A stretch of 64,000 nt of DNA from an uncultured Candidatus Saccharibacteria bacterium (GCA_964464695.1 CAYXKW010000005.1:8677-72676), one strand, 5' to 3'. Shown: positions 18,840 to 28,640, counted from the stretch's first letter. Notes: a model not told the origin generated them from the letters alone. A program made the numbers and translations.

Positions 18840-18896
18840 CAGAAATACAAAAAGCAGAATCACATGATTCTGCTTTTTGTATTTCTGTGGGCGATA
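18831..18896. repeat. perfect 30-bp inverted repeat (hairpin) whose 5' arm includes the last 9 nt of tRNA-Val; 6-nt loop cacatg
   Basis: 18831-18860 is exactly the reverse complement of 18867-18896. A second 9-bp hairpin, gaaaatgaa/ttcattttc, lies at 18898-18919. Confidence 0.85.
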
Positions 18897-18920
18897 AGAA
18901 AATGAACTGCTTCATTTTCG

Positions 18921-18985
18921 TGAGGAGTCGAATACGGGTCGGAAATCTACTTCGAACGTAGTGAGATAGATTTGTGACCGACTCC
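18921..18985 (+). repeat. structured dispersed repeat element of the same family as 2276-2350, followed to ~19130 by degenerate related boxes (GACGTCGCGAAGCC, GACGTCGAAGTCGGGTCG, GTCGACTTCGCGAA, GTAGCCGACTCCGTG)
   Basis: Seen directly in the sequence. Confidence 0.7.
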
Positions 18986-19243
18986 TTTTCTGCTGGTCGA
19001 ACTGAGACGTCGCGAAGCCATTTTTGTATTCAAAACTGTGACGTCGAAGTCGGGTCGTCTACAGATGTCGACTAATTTACCAGTCGACTTCGCGAAAAAA
19101 GATTTGTAGCCGACTCCGTGAAATTACATGTAACAAAACCACTCCTCTAACCCCTTACCCTACAAACCAGTCTTCTATCCCATTTTTTATGCTACTATTA
19201 TAGTACTTACTAGTTACCGTATTTCGTACTCTTTTACACTACT

Positions 19244-19669
19244 ATGAACACTTCTATTACATGGAACGAACAGTATTCTATTAATGTCCCCTCAATCGAT
19301 GAGCAACATAAATATTTCATTAAGCTTTGCAATGATCTCTTAGCACTTGGAACAAAAGAATCCATAGATAGGCAAGATGCTCTAATTGGCATTATGAAAT
19401 TTGGTGATTATACTGCATACCACTTGGCTGAAGAAGAAGAGTTTCTTATCAAAGTAAATTCCCCTGATGCATTTATCCACGTACATGCTCACAGTCAGTT
19501 CAGAGAGAAAATAAATGAATACATCACTCTTATTCGTATTGAAACAAGTGATGTGAAAAAAGTCACCTTAGAAACATCTACATTTGCAAGCACATGGCTT
19601 TTGGAGCACATTGAATTAATTAAGAAGAACTCTACTCAAACAGAAACAAAACTTGGAGAATTCGCATAA
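19244..19669 (+). CDS. hemerythrin-like metal-binding protein (bacteriohemerythrin family)
   Basis: N-terminal ITWNEQYSINVPSIDEQHKYFIKLCNDL, then His-rich HVHAHSQF. Matches the hemerythrin HHE pattern. Confidence 0.6.
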   Translation: MNTSITWNEQYSINVPSIDEQHKYFIKLCNDLLALGTKESIDRQDALIGIMKFGDYTAYHLAEEEEFLIKVNSPDAFIHVHAHSQFREKINEYITLIRIETSDVKKVTLETSTFASTWLLEHIELIKKNSTQTETKLGEFA

Positions 19670-19678
19670 CTACACACA

Positions 19679-21430
19679 ATGAACTCAGACACTAACCTAC
19701 GAGACTTATCTACAACTGGAGGTTGGATGAGGAATGCTCGTGTAGCAATTGTACTTATTGTAATTGGCAGCTTATTCCTACGTTCTAGGTTCGACCTTTT
19801 CCATTACGACACAAGCATCCTACTTAAAGTATCCTTCTTGTACCTCCTGACAAGTACTTTCTTTGCACTATTTAACAAAAAAATAAGAACAACCAGCCAA
19901 GAAAAGCTTGCCACATATTTTGAACTTACCGTTGATATTATTTTCATAACTCTTATCGTGTACTCAACCGGAGGAGTGCAGAGCAGACTTGCATTTTTAT
20001 ATATTGTCCCTATTTTATCTGGTTCATTACTCTCCCCTTTTGCATCAATCATCATTGGACTTTCAACACTTGTTGCATATTTTGGCCTTATATATGCAGA
20101 ATATACAAATTTTATTACTTCCGTCTTCACTGATACGGTAGCTGATGTATATTTTTCAAAAATACAGATGATACGACAATCACTTATTGTCATCATTACA
20201 ACATTCATTGGAGCGTATTACTTTAATAGTATTAAAAAACTAAATACTCAAATTGTTAACATTAAGGAAGAATCAACCGCGAAAAGTAAAGCAATCTTAG
20301 AGAGTATCGGTGACGGAATTATCGTAACAGACCGCCAAGGAATTATTGTCGAGATTAATGATAAAGCCTTACACTTACTTAACTTAGATTTTGAAGACTG
20401 TGTCGGGAAACCACACCATGCTGTATGGAATGTTACAACACAAAAAGGAGAGCCTGCCCTACTTTCAGAAAGACCAATTGAGAAAGTTCTTGCAACTGGT
20501 ATCCGTTTCTTCAATACTACCGCAACAACAACTACATATTATGAAAGAAAGAACATGGGCACATTCCCTGTTCTTACAACGGTAACGCCTGTTACCTTAA
20601 ATGATAAAACCATTGGTGTTGTGGAATCATTTAGAGATATCACTATGGATAAAAAAGTGGATGAGGCGAAGAGTGAATTCATTTCAATTGCGTCTCATCA
20701 ATTAAAAACACCTCCGACTGCAATCAAGCTTCTCACTGAAAGACTTCTTGGATCTAAAATGGGCGAATTGAACGAAAAGCAAAAGGAGTACATTACTGAT
20801 ATCCATACCTCGAACCAAAGAATGATTGAGCTTGTAAACGCTCTTTTGAATGTATCAAGGATAGAGCTTGGAGGATTTTCAATTCAAGCAAAAGATTTTG
20901 ATTCACTGTCACTACTAAAAAATGCAATCACAGAATTAACACCTCTCGCAGAAAGAAAAAGCATACATATCTCCACTTCATTCCAGGAGTCGAACTTACT
21001 GCTTCCACTTGATGAAACACTTTTCCGTGTTCTAGTTACTAACTTAATAACTAACGCTATCAGATATTCTCACGAAAATAGCGAGCTGGTAATTTCTTAT
21101 ACAAAAAGCACACAAGGTGAAACTGTTGGTGATAAGAAATTAACTCAGGATTACCATATTTTTAGCTTTACAGATACTGGTCTTGGTATTCCTGACGATG
21201 AAAAGGATAAAATATTTACAAAGTTTTACAGAGCAAGTAACACTAAAGAAAACCACCCTGACGGGACTGGTCTTGGGTTATATATCGTAAAATCGATTCT
21301 TAAAAAATCAGGCGGAGATTTATGGTTTATTTCTAAAAAAGACGTTGGTTCAACTTTTTATATCGGTCTACCAATTTCTGGTATGAAATCAGTCGACACT
21401 GGTAAAATAATATCTCCCCCTTTAGAGTAA
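19679..21430 (+). CDS. membrane-bound PAS-domain sensor histidine kinase
   Basis: N-terminal TM segments, a PAS-like region (ILESIGDGIIVTDRQGIIVEIN), the H-box SHQLKTPPTAIK and an ATPase G-box GTGLGLYIVK. Confidence 0.8.
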   Translation: MNSDTNLRDLSTTGGWMRNARVAIVLIVIGSLFLRSRFDLFHYDTSILLKVSFLYLLTSTFFALFNKKIRTTSQEKLATYFELTVDIIFITLIVYSTGGVQSRLAFLYIVPILSGSLLSPFASIIIGLSTLVAYFGLIYAEYTNFITSVFTDTVADVYFSKIQMIRQSLIVIITTFIGAYYFNSIKKLNTQIVNIKEESTAKSKAILESIGDGIIVTDRQGIIVEINDKALHLLNLDFEDCVGKPHHAVWNVTTQKGEPALLSERPIEKVLATGIRFFNTTATTTTYYERKNMGTFPVLTTVTPVTLNDKTIGVVESFRDITMDKKVDEAKSEFISIASHQLKTPPTAIKLLTERLLGSKMGELNEKQKEYITDIHTSNQRMIELVNALLNVSRIELGGFSIQAKDFDSLSLLKNAITELTPLAERKSIHISTSFQESNLLLPLDETLFRVLVTNLITNAIRYSHENSELVISYTKSTQGETVGDKKLTQDYHIFSFTDTGLGIPDDEKDKIFTKFYRASNTKENHPDGTGLGLYIVKSILKKSGGDLWFISKKDVGSTFYIGLPISGMKSVDTGKIISPPLE

Positions 21431-21459
21431 CAAATGCAGCATGTTATACTTTATCTCAT

Positions 21460-21861
21460 ATGAATGACGCCACAAAAATTTTAATTGTTGAGGATGAAGT
21501 ATTAATAAGAAAAGCATACACTGAAGAACTGCAAAGCGAAGGTTTTACTGTTATTGTTGCGGGGAATGGAAAGGAAGGACTAGACACAGCACTTGCAGAA
21601 AAACCAGATCTTATACTACTTGATATTCTTATGCCAATTATGGATGGCGTCACTATGATGGGAAAATTGCGAGAAAGTGGTGAATACGGAGCACAGGTAC
21701 CTATCATACTTTTAACGAACCTTTCAACTAACGAGGAGAAAATACTCGAGGCTGTGGTCAAGGATAAACCAGCTCTTTACCTTGAAAAAGCATCCTGGGA
21801 TTTAGCAAAAGTTGTAGAAAAGATAAAAGAATATCTTAAAGATAAGCCTGAGGTTGTCTAG
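21460..21861 (+). CDS. single-domain response regulator (receiver only)
   Basis: ILIVEDEVLIRKAY...LILLDILMPIMDG. 133 aa with no output domain. Confidence 0.75.
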   Translation: MNDATKILIVEDEVLIRKAYTEELQSEGFTVIVAGNGKEGLDTALAEKPDLILLDILMPIMDGVTMMGKLRESGEYGAQVPIILLTNLSTNEEKILEAVVKDKPALYLEKASWDLAKVVEKIKEYLKDKPEVV

Positions 21862-21890
21862 TTCCAAGTTCAACTCAATATTTTTTATGA

Positions 21891-22337
21891 TTATTCGTGG
21901 TGATATTTTTCACCTTTTATAATCGTAAGAGCCCTGTATATTTGTTCAAGTATAATTATGCGTACGAGCATATGAGGAAATACAAGTGAAGATAATTTCC
22001 AAACATAGTTTGCTCGGTCTATCACTTTTTCTGAAACTCCATACGCGCCACCAATAATAAACACCATTCTCCGAACTGAATCAACCATTCTATTCTCTAT
22101 CAATTCAGCCAGTGCTTCACTTTTTATATCTTTCCCCTTCTCATCAAGTAACACTACATAATCTTCTTTTTTAAGAAGTGAACTAATTTTATCTCCTTCC
22201 TTTTCCTTTGTAACATCGTGTGCGATATACACCCACTCCAGAGGGAGATACCTGAACAACCTAAGTTCATAGTGTTTTACAAGGTCATTACTTATTTCAT
22301 CTTTTTCTTTTCCAACACTCATAATGACAATTTTCAT
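21891..22337 (-). CDS. rlmH: 23S rRNA (pseudouridine1915-N3)-methyltransferase RlmH
   Basis: SPOUT/YbeA pattern: FIIGGAYGVSEKV ... SSLVFPHMLVRIIILEQIYRALTIIKGEKYHH. Confidence 0.75.
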   Translation of the reverse strand: MKIVIMSVGKEKDEISNDLVKHYELRLFRYLPLEWVYIAHDVTKEKEGDKISSLLKKEDYVVLLDEKGKDIKSEALAELIENRMVDSVRRMVFIIGGAYGVSEKVIDRANYVWKLSSLVFPHMLVRIIILEQIYRALTIIKGEKYHHE

Positions 22338-22422
22338 ACCATAACTCTACGATATAAAAAGAATATTCGCAAACTAAGTGCAGTCGCGCAGGATAATGAT
22401 ACTGTAGTATACTAGGCTCATT

Positions 22423-23604
22423 ATGATTCTTCTTGCGATAGAAACGAGTTGCGACGAAACAGCAATCTCAATCGTTAAACGTGTACGTGGTAAGCAAGTG
22501 CGATTTGAGTCACTTTCACACAAAGTACTCTCTCAGATTGACCTACACGCCCAATACGGGGGCGTCTTCCCAGCTCTTGCAAAGCGTGAACATACAAAAG
22601 CAATTACTCAGCTGATAGCAGAAACTCTTGAGGAAGCTGATCTTTTAGTTGAGAGAGTTAACACCTACCATATCCCTAGTGCGGAGCGAAAAAAATTAGA
22701 TACTCTTTTGGAACGAGAACCGGAGATGCTCGTGGCAATGAAAGTGCTTTTTGAAGGAATTCAAAAGCCTGCAATTGATGCGATTGCAGTTACTTCTGGA
22801 CCAGGGCTTGAGCCAGCGCTTTGGGTTGGAATAAACGCTGCACTTGCACTTCGCATGATCTGGGATATTCCAGTGTATCCAATTAACCACATGGAGGGTC
22901 ACATTGTTGCGGGTCTCATTTCCCTGTCTGATTCTACGTACGAAATCTCTGATTTTGATTTACCTGCTGTTGCGCTCCTTATTTCTGGTGGTCACACTGA
23001 ACTGGTACACGTACCTAAACTTCGAAGTTACAAGGTAATAGGAAAAACAAGAGATGATGCTGTTGGTGAAGCATTTGATAAAGCAGCTCGCATGCTAGGA
23101 CTACCCTATCCTGGAGGACCAGAAATTTCAAGATTAGCGGAACTAGCACGAAAGGAAGGAATCATTGTAGACGAAGATTTACGACTCCCTAGACCAATGT
23201 TACATAGCGGAGACCTTCATTTTTCTTTCAGTGGATTGAAAACTGCCGTGCTTACAAGAATTAATAAACGAGGCACAATCGATGAGGTAACAAAAAAAAT
23301 GCTTGCTCTTGAATTTGAAAATGCAGTAACAGATGTACTTGTTACAAAAGTGAAGCAGGCACTCTACGAAACACGAGCGAACACGCTTATTGTTGGAGGT
23401 GGTGTGAGTGCTAACACGCACATACGAGCATCACTGAAACGTCTTTCTGAATTGGAAGGATTTACACTCTTTATTCCTAATAGGAATCTTTCTACTGATA
23501 ACGGTCTTATGATTGCTTCTACAGGATTACTTCATCTTGCTGAAAATGAAACTCCTAAAGTCAAAATTGTGGCGAATGGCAGCTGGTCAGTGGAGAGCTG
23601 TTAG
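22423..23604 (+). CDS. tsaD: tRNA N6-adenosine threonylcarbamoyltransferase TsaD (Kae1/Gcp family); a long form with insertions
   Basis: LAIETSCDETAISIV N-terminus and the Kae1-type metal-binding HxxxH pattern (NHMEGHIVAGL). 393 aa, with an extra segment after the N-terminal lobe. Confidence 0.75.
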   Translation: MILLAIETSCDETAISIVKRVRGKQVRFESLSHKVLSQIDLHAQYGGVFPALAKREHTKAITQLIAETLEEADLLVERVNTYHIPSAERKKLDTLLEREPEMLVAMKVLFEGIQKPAIDAIAVTSGPGLEPALWVGINAALALRMIWDIPVYPINHMEGHIVAGLISLSDSTYEISDFDLPAVALLISGGHTELVHVPKLRSYKVIGKTRDDAVGEAFDKAARMLGLPYPGGPEISRLAELARKEGIIVDEDLRLPRPMLHSGDLHFSFSGLKTAVLTRINKRGTIDEVTKKMLALEFENAVTDVLVTKVKQALYETRANTLIVGGGVSANTHIRASLKRLSELEGFTLFIPNRNLSTDNGLMIASTGLLHLAENETPKVKIVANGSWSVESC

Positions 23605-23661
23605 CTCTTAGCTCTTAGCTGGTAGTCTGCAGCAAACATTAAACACCATTCAATACAAAAG

Positions 23662-23696
23662 AAAGAGCGAAACCTTACGGTCTCGCTCTTTCTTTT
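23662..23696 (+). terminator. intrinsic terminator after tsaD
   Basis: aaagagcgaaacc ttac ggtctcgctcttt followed by cttttg. Confidence 0.6.
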
Positions 23697-23877
23697 GCCT
23701 CGCACCCAATTGTGGTGAGCGTGGCATGCTCCAAAGATAAATGCCTTATGTGAGCGCAGTCGCCCACCGCAATTACTTGCGAAGTGGGTAACCACGCTAT
23801 GTAGTATACCTGCTTGTAAAGAATAGTTCAAAGGAATAAGGTGTGCTGTACTGTCGTAAGCTGAACCAGAACTTGTC

Positions 23878-24384
23878 CTATAGCTTGGCGTTAATATATT
23901 TATAAACTTCTTCTTGATTTAGTGTTTCAATATCTACAACAATTGCTTGTGGCCTCTTTTTAATATATTCTTGGATCTCTTCCCAAAACTCCACCACTTT
24001 TTCTGGCGTTAATAAACTGTTTTCTCTATATCCTCTTTCTTCAGCTCTTTTGATAACAAGTTCTCTGCTCGCATTAAGTACAAACTCCAATACGTTTGCG
24101 TTGTACTTTTTACCTAGTTCAATAAATCTTTCGACTATCTCCACATCAATAAAAACTTTATCAATAATAACATCGTGGCCAGATTTCAAATATGTTTCGA
24201 CAATTGATTCTGACACAAGTAATGAGAGTTGCTTACTTTCAACCTTATTTTCTCTATATCCACTAATATACCGTCGCAATGCGTCTATATCCACCAAAAA
24301 AGAAAGTGGTTGGGTTTGGTGAATTTTTTGTGCGACAGTACTTTTTCCTATTCCTGTCGGACCATTCATAATAATGAGTTTCAT
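23878..24384 (-). CDS. P-loop NTPase, small kinase-like (AAA_33 / shikimate-kinase-like fold)
   Basis: Walker A IIMNGPTGIGKSTVAQKI. 168 aa. Confidence 0.5.
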   Translation of the reverse strand: MKLIIMNGPTGIGKSTVAQKIHQTQPLSFLVDIDALRRYISGYRENKVESKQLSLLVSESIVETYLKSGHDVIIDKVFIDVEIVERFIELGKKYNANVLEFVLNASRELVIKRAEERGYRENSLLTPEKVVEFWEEIQEYIKKRPQAIVVDIETLNQEEVYKYINAKL

Positions 24385-24404
24385 ATATGTCTAATAAATT
24401 AGTT

Positions 24405-24938
24405 TTATTCTTTGTAAATGAAGTCCAAAACTTCTTTTGCAACCTGTGCTCCATTTTTATTTGTTGTTTCTATAATTTTATAGTTATTTTGTAAACAACT
24501 ATCTCTTAAAATATTTGAATAGTAAACATTATCCTCTATAAATTTTTCTACACTTTTATTAGTAGCTCTAAAAAGTTCTTTTATCGAACTTTCATCAAGG
24601 TAACGACTTCTAATTCTTTCTGAAATAGTATCTGTATCAGCATCAAGAAATATAACAACTGGTTTATCACCGAGCTTCTCAGCCATCTCTTCTATTTCTT
24701 CTGGCTTCATAAATCCGCAAACAACTGTATTTTTGTTTTGTTTCTTTTTTTCAATACCAAGATGTAGCCAATATTCTGTTTCAGATTTTCGCCATTCTTT
24801 ATCTGCATTATTAGGTACACCTCTCTCGTCAAAGTCATACATATTAAAATTACTCTCCGAAAGATTGTTCTTAAGTAGATTAAATGTAGTCGTCTTACCT
24901 ACACCATTAGCACCTATTACAAAAAATACTTTATTCAT
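24405..24938 (-). CDS. P-loop NTPase, small kinase-like; a paralog of the preceding gene
   Basis: Walker A FVIGANGVGKTTTFNLL. 177 aa. Confidence 0.5.
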   Translation of the reverse strand: MNKVFFVIGANGVGKTTTFNLLKNNLSESNFNMYDFDERGVPNNADKEWRKSETEYWLHLGIEKKKQNKNTVVCGFMKPEEIEEMAEKLGDKPVVIFLDADTDTISERIRSRYLDESSIKELFRATNKSVEKFIEDNVYYSNILRDSCLQNNYKIIETTNKNGAQVAKEVLDFIYKE

Positions 24939-25093
24939 ACAAACAGTATATCAGTCCTATTTTTCCTATGGCGAAAATTTTAAAGTGAAAAGCGCTCTAC
25001 TTTTATTTAGCATACTATTTTATTGGAAAAATTGATTCAGCTACGCGAAGCCTAAAGATTTTTTGAAAGAGATGTAGTAACCCTACATTGACT

Positions 25094-25122
25094 GAAAAAA
25101 ATCTTATAGCGACAAAGTAGAC
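25094..25122. repeat. 29-bp direct repeat gaaaaaaatcttatagcgacaaagtagac, copy 1
   Basis: An identical copy lies at 25275-25303. Both sit inside an intergenic region that also carries repeat-family boxes (CAGCTACGCGAAGCC, CAGCTACGGATACC). Confidence 0.8.
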
Positions 25123-25274
25123 CTCTAATTTTTCAGCTACGGATACCTTCGTCGAGACTAAGACACAAATTTACCGATTCGTCTTTACTCCTTAATTTTA
25201 TGGCAGAAAGTGCTTTAGATACAAGGCACGAAGAATTTTTTCGACTAAGATGTACAAGAGGTACCTCGCATGGA

Positions 25275-25303
25275 GAAAAAAATCTTATAGCGACAAAGTA
25301 GAC
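25275..25303. repeat. 29-bp direct repeat, copy 2
   Basis: Identical to 25094-25122. Confidence 0.8.
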
Positions 25304-25466
25304 TCCCAATTTCTTAGATTGTAATCAATCTTTTGAAATTGCAGTACCCTTGGGTATGAAGTACTTTATGCCATAAAACATAAGGCCACTCTTGCGAGTG
25401 GACTTATGCAGGCATTTATTTATCTTGTAGAGCACACCTTCATGCACTCACAACTATAAGTATATA

Positions 25467-27683
25467 CTATTTCTTCGGAGCAGCAAGAAGTTGCTTAATA
25501 TATTCATCAATTTCTTTTGCAATTGTTGGATTCTTCTTTTTCTCTTCATTGAGAATTTCAATAGCAAGATTTATTTGTCCTGATGAAACAATCCCACTTA
25601 ACACATCTGGATCAAAACTAGTGTCTTGTCCTTTTGAAGCAGCATATGCTTTAGCTTCTTTATACTTTCCATTGTACGCCGCACTGATCATCATCCACTT
25701 CAATGCGTCATTACATGTGATAGAAAGATCATACGTTTGACGCCCAAGAGCATAGGCTTGATCGAACTTCTTCTGAACAAGATACGCACGAGTAAGGTCA
25801 AATGCAATGAGTTGCTTGTTCGGAGCAAGAACCATAGCGTCCTTGAGAACTCTTTCTGCATTTACTGAATCCCCTACACCATTGAAGAACATACCATAAA
25901 TAGAGAGCATTCTGACATCATTTTTATTAGCTTCGTAAGAAATATTAATATCATTAACGGTAGCTAAAATAAGATTATTTAAGGCTTGTGTTATCAGTTG
26001 TCGCTCTCCCTGAGGAATTTCTTCTGGAATCTTAATTTGTGACATACGAATTGTCATTTGTAAGAATTGCTCACGCGCCTCAATACTCCCAAGCGTATTC
26101 ATGTTAATTGCATTGATAAAATTATCCTGCTGAATTTTTACTTTATCTTGGAATGGCTTATTAGGATCTGTTTGGACAATACTCATTGCCTCAATAACCA
26201 TTTTATTTACAAGGAGAGGTCTGTAGTTAAGGAAATAGAACGTTACAAGTAAAGCTATACCAATTATCGGAGCAACTAACAAGTTCATTTGATCCTTATC
26301 AAACAATACCTTCCCATGATGCTCTCCTCCTGCCTTAGTACGAGATGTGATGTACGCAAGTAGTGCAAAGAAGAGGATGTAACTTGTTAAGTTGTCGAAT
26401 ACAAAGAAGTTGTGAATGAAATACCCTGCGAGCATACCGGTTAATATAGCTTTTTCTGAAAGCGACATCTGATTTTCTCGCCTCCACATGAACCAAAGTG
26501 TTACACCATACAATGAGAGGTAAGTAAGGAGTCCGAGTGCCCCTGCTGCTACAAGCCAGTCAAAGAATACATTGTGAGAGCGGTCATACCACGGCTCTAG
26601 GTTACACATGTTATTTGGCAAGAACTTGCGTGCAAAGACATAACTAAAGTTATCTTGACCATATCCTAGAATTGGTCTTTCTTTCCATGCTTCGTAACTA
26701 ATCTTCCACATTGAGAGACGACTTGCGCCAGTAATATCATTTGGTGAAATTGTAGCAATACGCGCCAAAACAGTATTTGATTTTACAAAACTAGAATCCT
26801 TAAAAACAAAGATTGAAGCAAGCGCAATTACCCCAATAACTGTTGCGATAGCGAAGTTCTGAAGTACAACACCTCTTTTCTTCCAGGCAATAATACCGCA
26901 TGTAATAAAACCTCCAACAGCTAATCCAATCATAGCTCCACGAGTACCTGATAAAAGTACACCTAGAATATTCATGATAATCAAAACTGGGTAAAACCAT
27001 TGTTTCTTTGGATTCTTTGACTGTGACCAAAGTAGGGCAGCAATAAAGACGTGCATTAAGCAGTACACTCCAAAATATGCAGAGTTACCAATCGTTGCAT
27101 CGAGTCGATTGCTACTCATGTGAATCGGGAAACGTGCAGCGAACCATGCTCCAGCACTTGGAAAGAGATTGTACAATAGCTGACCTTTCACCCCAAACAA
27201 CTGCGCATACCCATAAAGTACAATTAGTATGTCCGCCGCTAAAAATATCTTCAACATTTTTCGCCACTCTTCAAGCGACCGAATCATCACAGTAAGTACA
27301 AAGAAATATGCAAAGAAGTGAATATGCCCTACGAATCCTTCCATTCTTTCAAAATTACTCCACATACTCTTCTCTCTATCAACACCAAATAAATCTGCAA
27401 GGAGAAGTACAATAATGAAAAGCCCGTATGCAATCATTATTGGAGACTTTCTAATGTTAATTCTATACGAAGAATCAGAAAGAGCGAGAATTGCCCAGCC
27501 AGCCAAAGCTACCTCAACGAGTATTCTAAAGATAATATTTTTCCCTGAAATAAACGGGAAAAACATCCCTGTTCCTGTAAACCAACTTATGACGTCCAAT
27601 TTTCCACCATCTGCCACATGGAGCACGATAAATGGAATGATCGCAAGACACACCCACACAACTTTCTTTATAATATTTTGCAT
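25467..27683 (-). CDS. O-antigen ligase/polymerase (Wzy_C)-like multi-TM protein with a C-terminal TPR-repeat domain
   Basis: About 12 TM segments with a Wzy_C-like loop (LLSGTRGAMIGLAVGGF). The C-terminal ~250 aa has TPR-like repeats (AYALGRQTYDL, KEAKAYAASKG). Confidence 0.55.
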   Translation of the reverse strand: MQNIIKKVVWVCLAIIPFIVLHVADGGKLDVISWFTGTGMFFPFISGKNIIFRILVEVALAGWAILALSDSSYRINIRKSPIMIAYGLFIIVLLLADLFGVDREKSMWSNFERMEGFVGHIHFFAYFFVLTVMIRSLEEWRKMLKIFLAADILIVLYGYAQLFGVKGQLLYNLFPSAGAWFAARFPIHMSSNRLDATIGNSAYFGVYCLMHVFIAALLWSQSKNPKKQWFYPVLIIMNILGVLLSGTRGAMIGLAVGGFITCGIIAWKKRGVVLQNFAIATVIGVIALASIFVFKDSSFVKSNTVLARIATISPNDITGASRLSMWKISYEAWKERPILGYGQDNFSYVFARKFLPNNMCNLEPWYDRSHNVFFDWLVAAGALGLLTYLSLYGVTLWFMWRRENQMSLSEKAILTGMLAGYFIHNFFVFDNLTSYILFFALLAYITSRTKAGGEHHGKVLFDKDQMNLLVAPIIGIALLVTFYFLNYRPLLVNKMVIEAMSIVQTDPNKPFQDKVKIQQDNFINAINMNTLGSIEAREQFLQMTIRMSQIKIPEEIPQGERQLITQALNNLILATVNDINISYEANKNDVRMLSIYGMFFNGVGDSVNAERVLKDAMVLAPNKQLIAFDLTRAYLVQKKFDQAYALGRQTYDLSITCNDALKWMMISAAYNGKYKEAKAYAASKGQDTSFDPDVLSGIVSSGQINLAIEILNEEKKKNPTIAKEIDEYIKQLLAAPKK

Positions 27684-27796
27684 ACGAAATTGTATTTTAA
27701 AACTTTGTTATACGGAATAATTACTGAAGTGTAGCACAAAGAAGATTACTTTTGTCAGATTTTATATCTTGACATTTATACTAAATACTATAAATA

Positions 27797-28573
27797 CTAC
27801 TTCTTCGTAAACCAAAAACATCCACACCCGTAAATTTGTTTATCTGCCTGCTCTTTGGTTGCGTTATAGATAATTCCTTTTTCTACTGCATTGTCAGGAA
27901 TAAGCGAAAACTCTTTAAGGTTGAGTCCTGGGAACATTTCAATCACCATTTGATACGAATAAATTCTGTGCGCATTAAATTGTATCTGGGGACGCCCGAC
28001 AGGAACTACAAACAAAAGGCTTCCATTTTTTGCTACAACTCTTTCAAGCTCTTGTGCAGCCTTTACATCCCCTTCTGGTTGTATTGGGTCGCCATACCTT
28101 CCTAACCCAACGTGTTCAACTGTGTGCATACAAGAAAGACTCTCAATTGAATTATCCTCAAAATGAAGGTCGGTTAGATTTGCAGACGAAGATGTAAGCC
28201 CTGAAAGATTTAATTTTGCTGGTCTGTAATCATAAAAGTGAACCGGTGAAAACGCAGAAACTATGGAAGAAAAATAAAGACTTGATGAAATATCAGTGTG
28301 CGAAGTAGCTCCAATCTCTTTTACTTTACGAGCTGCCCAAGCTGTGTGATACACATAATGTGCGTCAAATCTAGTAAAAGGTGTGTTCTCAAAAAGAACT
28401 GGCATCACAGATGTCAAAGGAATTGAGAACCTTTTTTCTGTATCTTTTTGCTTGTATGCAAAGTAATCCAAAATAATTACCGGAAAAAACAAAAAGGATT
28501 TTACTTTATTAAGTGTCCTTTTTACCGAACGCAAGAAATAATACATACAATAAGAAAGTAATGAGAACCTCAA
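27797..28573 (-). CDS. SAM-dependent methyltransferase-like protein (DUF268-like)
   Basis: SCMHTVEHVGLGRYGDPI...NGSLLFVVPVG resembles the methyltransferase-fold DUF268 family. Identification is weak. Confidence 0.35.
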   Translation of the reverse strand: MRFSLLSYCMYYFLRSVKRTLNKVKSFLFFPVIILDYFAYKQKDTEKRFSIPLTSVMPVLFENTPFTRFDAHYVYHTAWAARKVKEIGATSHTDISSSLYFSSIVSAFSPVHFYDYRPAKLNLSGLTSSSANLTDLHFEDNSIESLSCMHTVEHVGLGRYGDPIQPEGDVKAAQELERVVAKNGSLLFVVPVGRPQIQFNAHRIYSYQMVIEMFPGLNLKEFSLIPDNAVEKGIIYNATKEQADKQIYGCGCFWFTKK

Positions 28574-28640
28574 TAAATAATATTATGGAGTATAACATGA
28601 TGCTATACTTGCAATACAAAGAGCAGTACTACGTACAAAT

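Noticed and set aside
23601-23831. ORF 23601..23831 (minus, 76 aa)
   Set aside because: It spans the tsaD terminator hairpin and the GC-rich structured spacer. Its composition is Cys/Arg/His-rich in a way typical of a random frame over structured DNA.
25094-25303. Identical 29-bp direct repeats considered as a mini CRISPR array
   Set aside because: There are only two copies and the spacing is ~152 bp, not ~30-40 bp. No further repeats and no cas genes are nearby.
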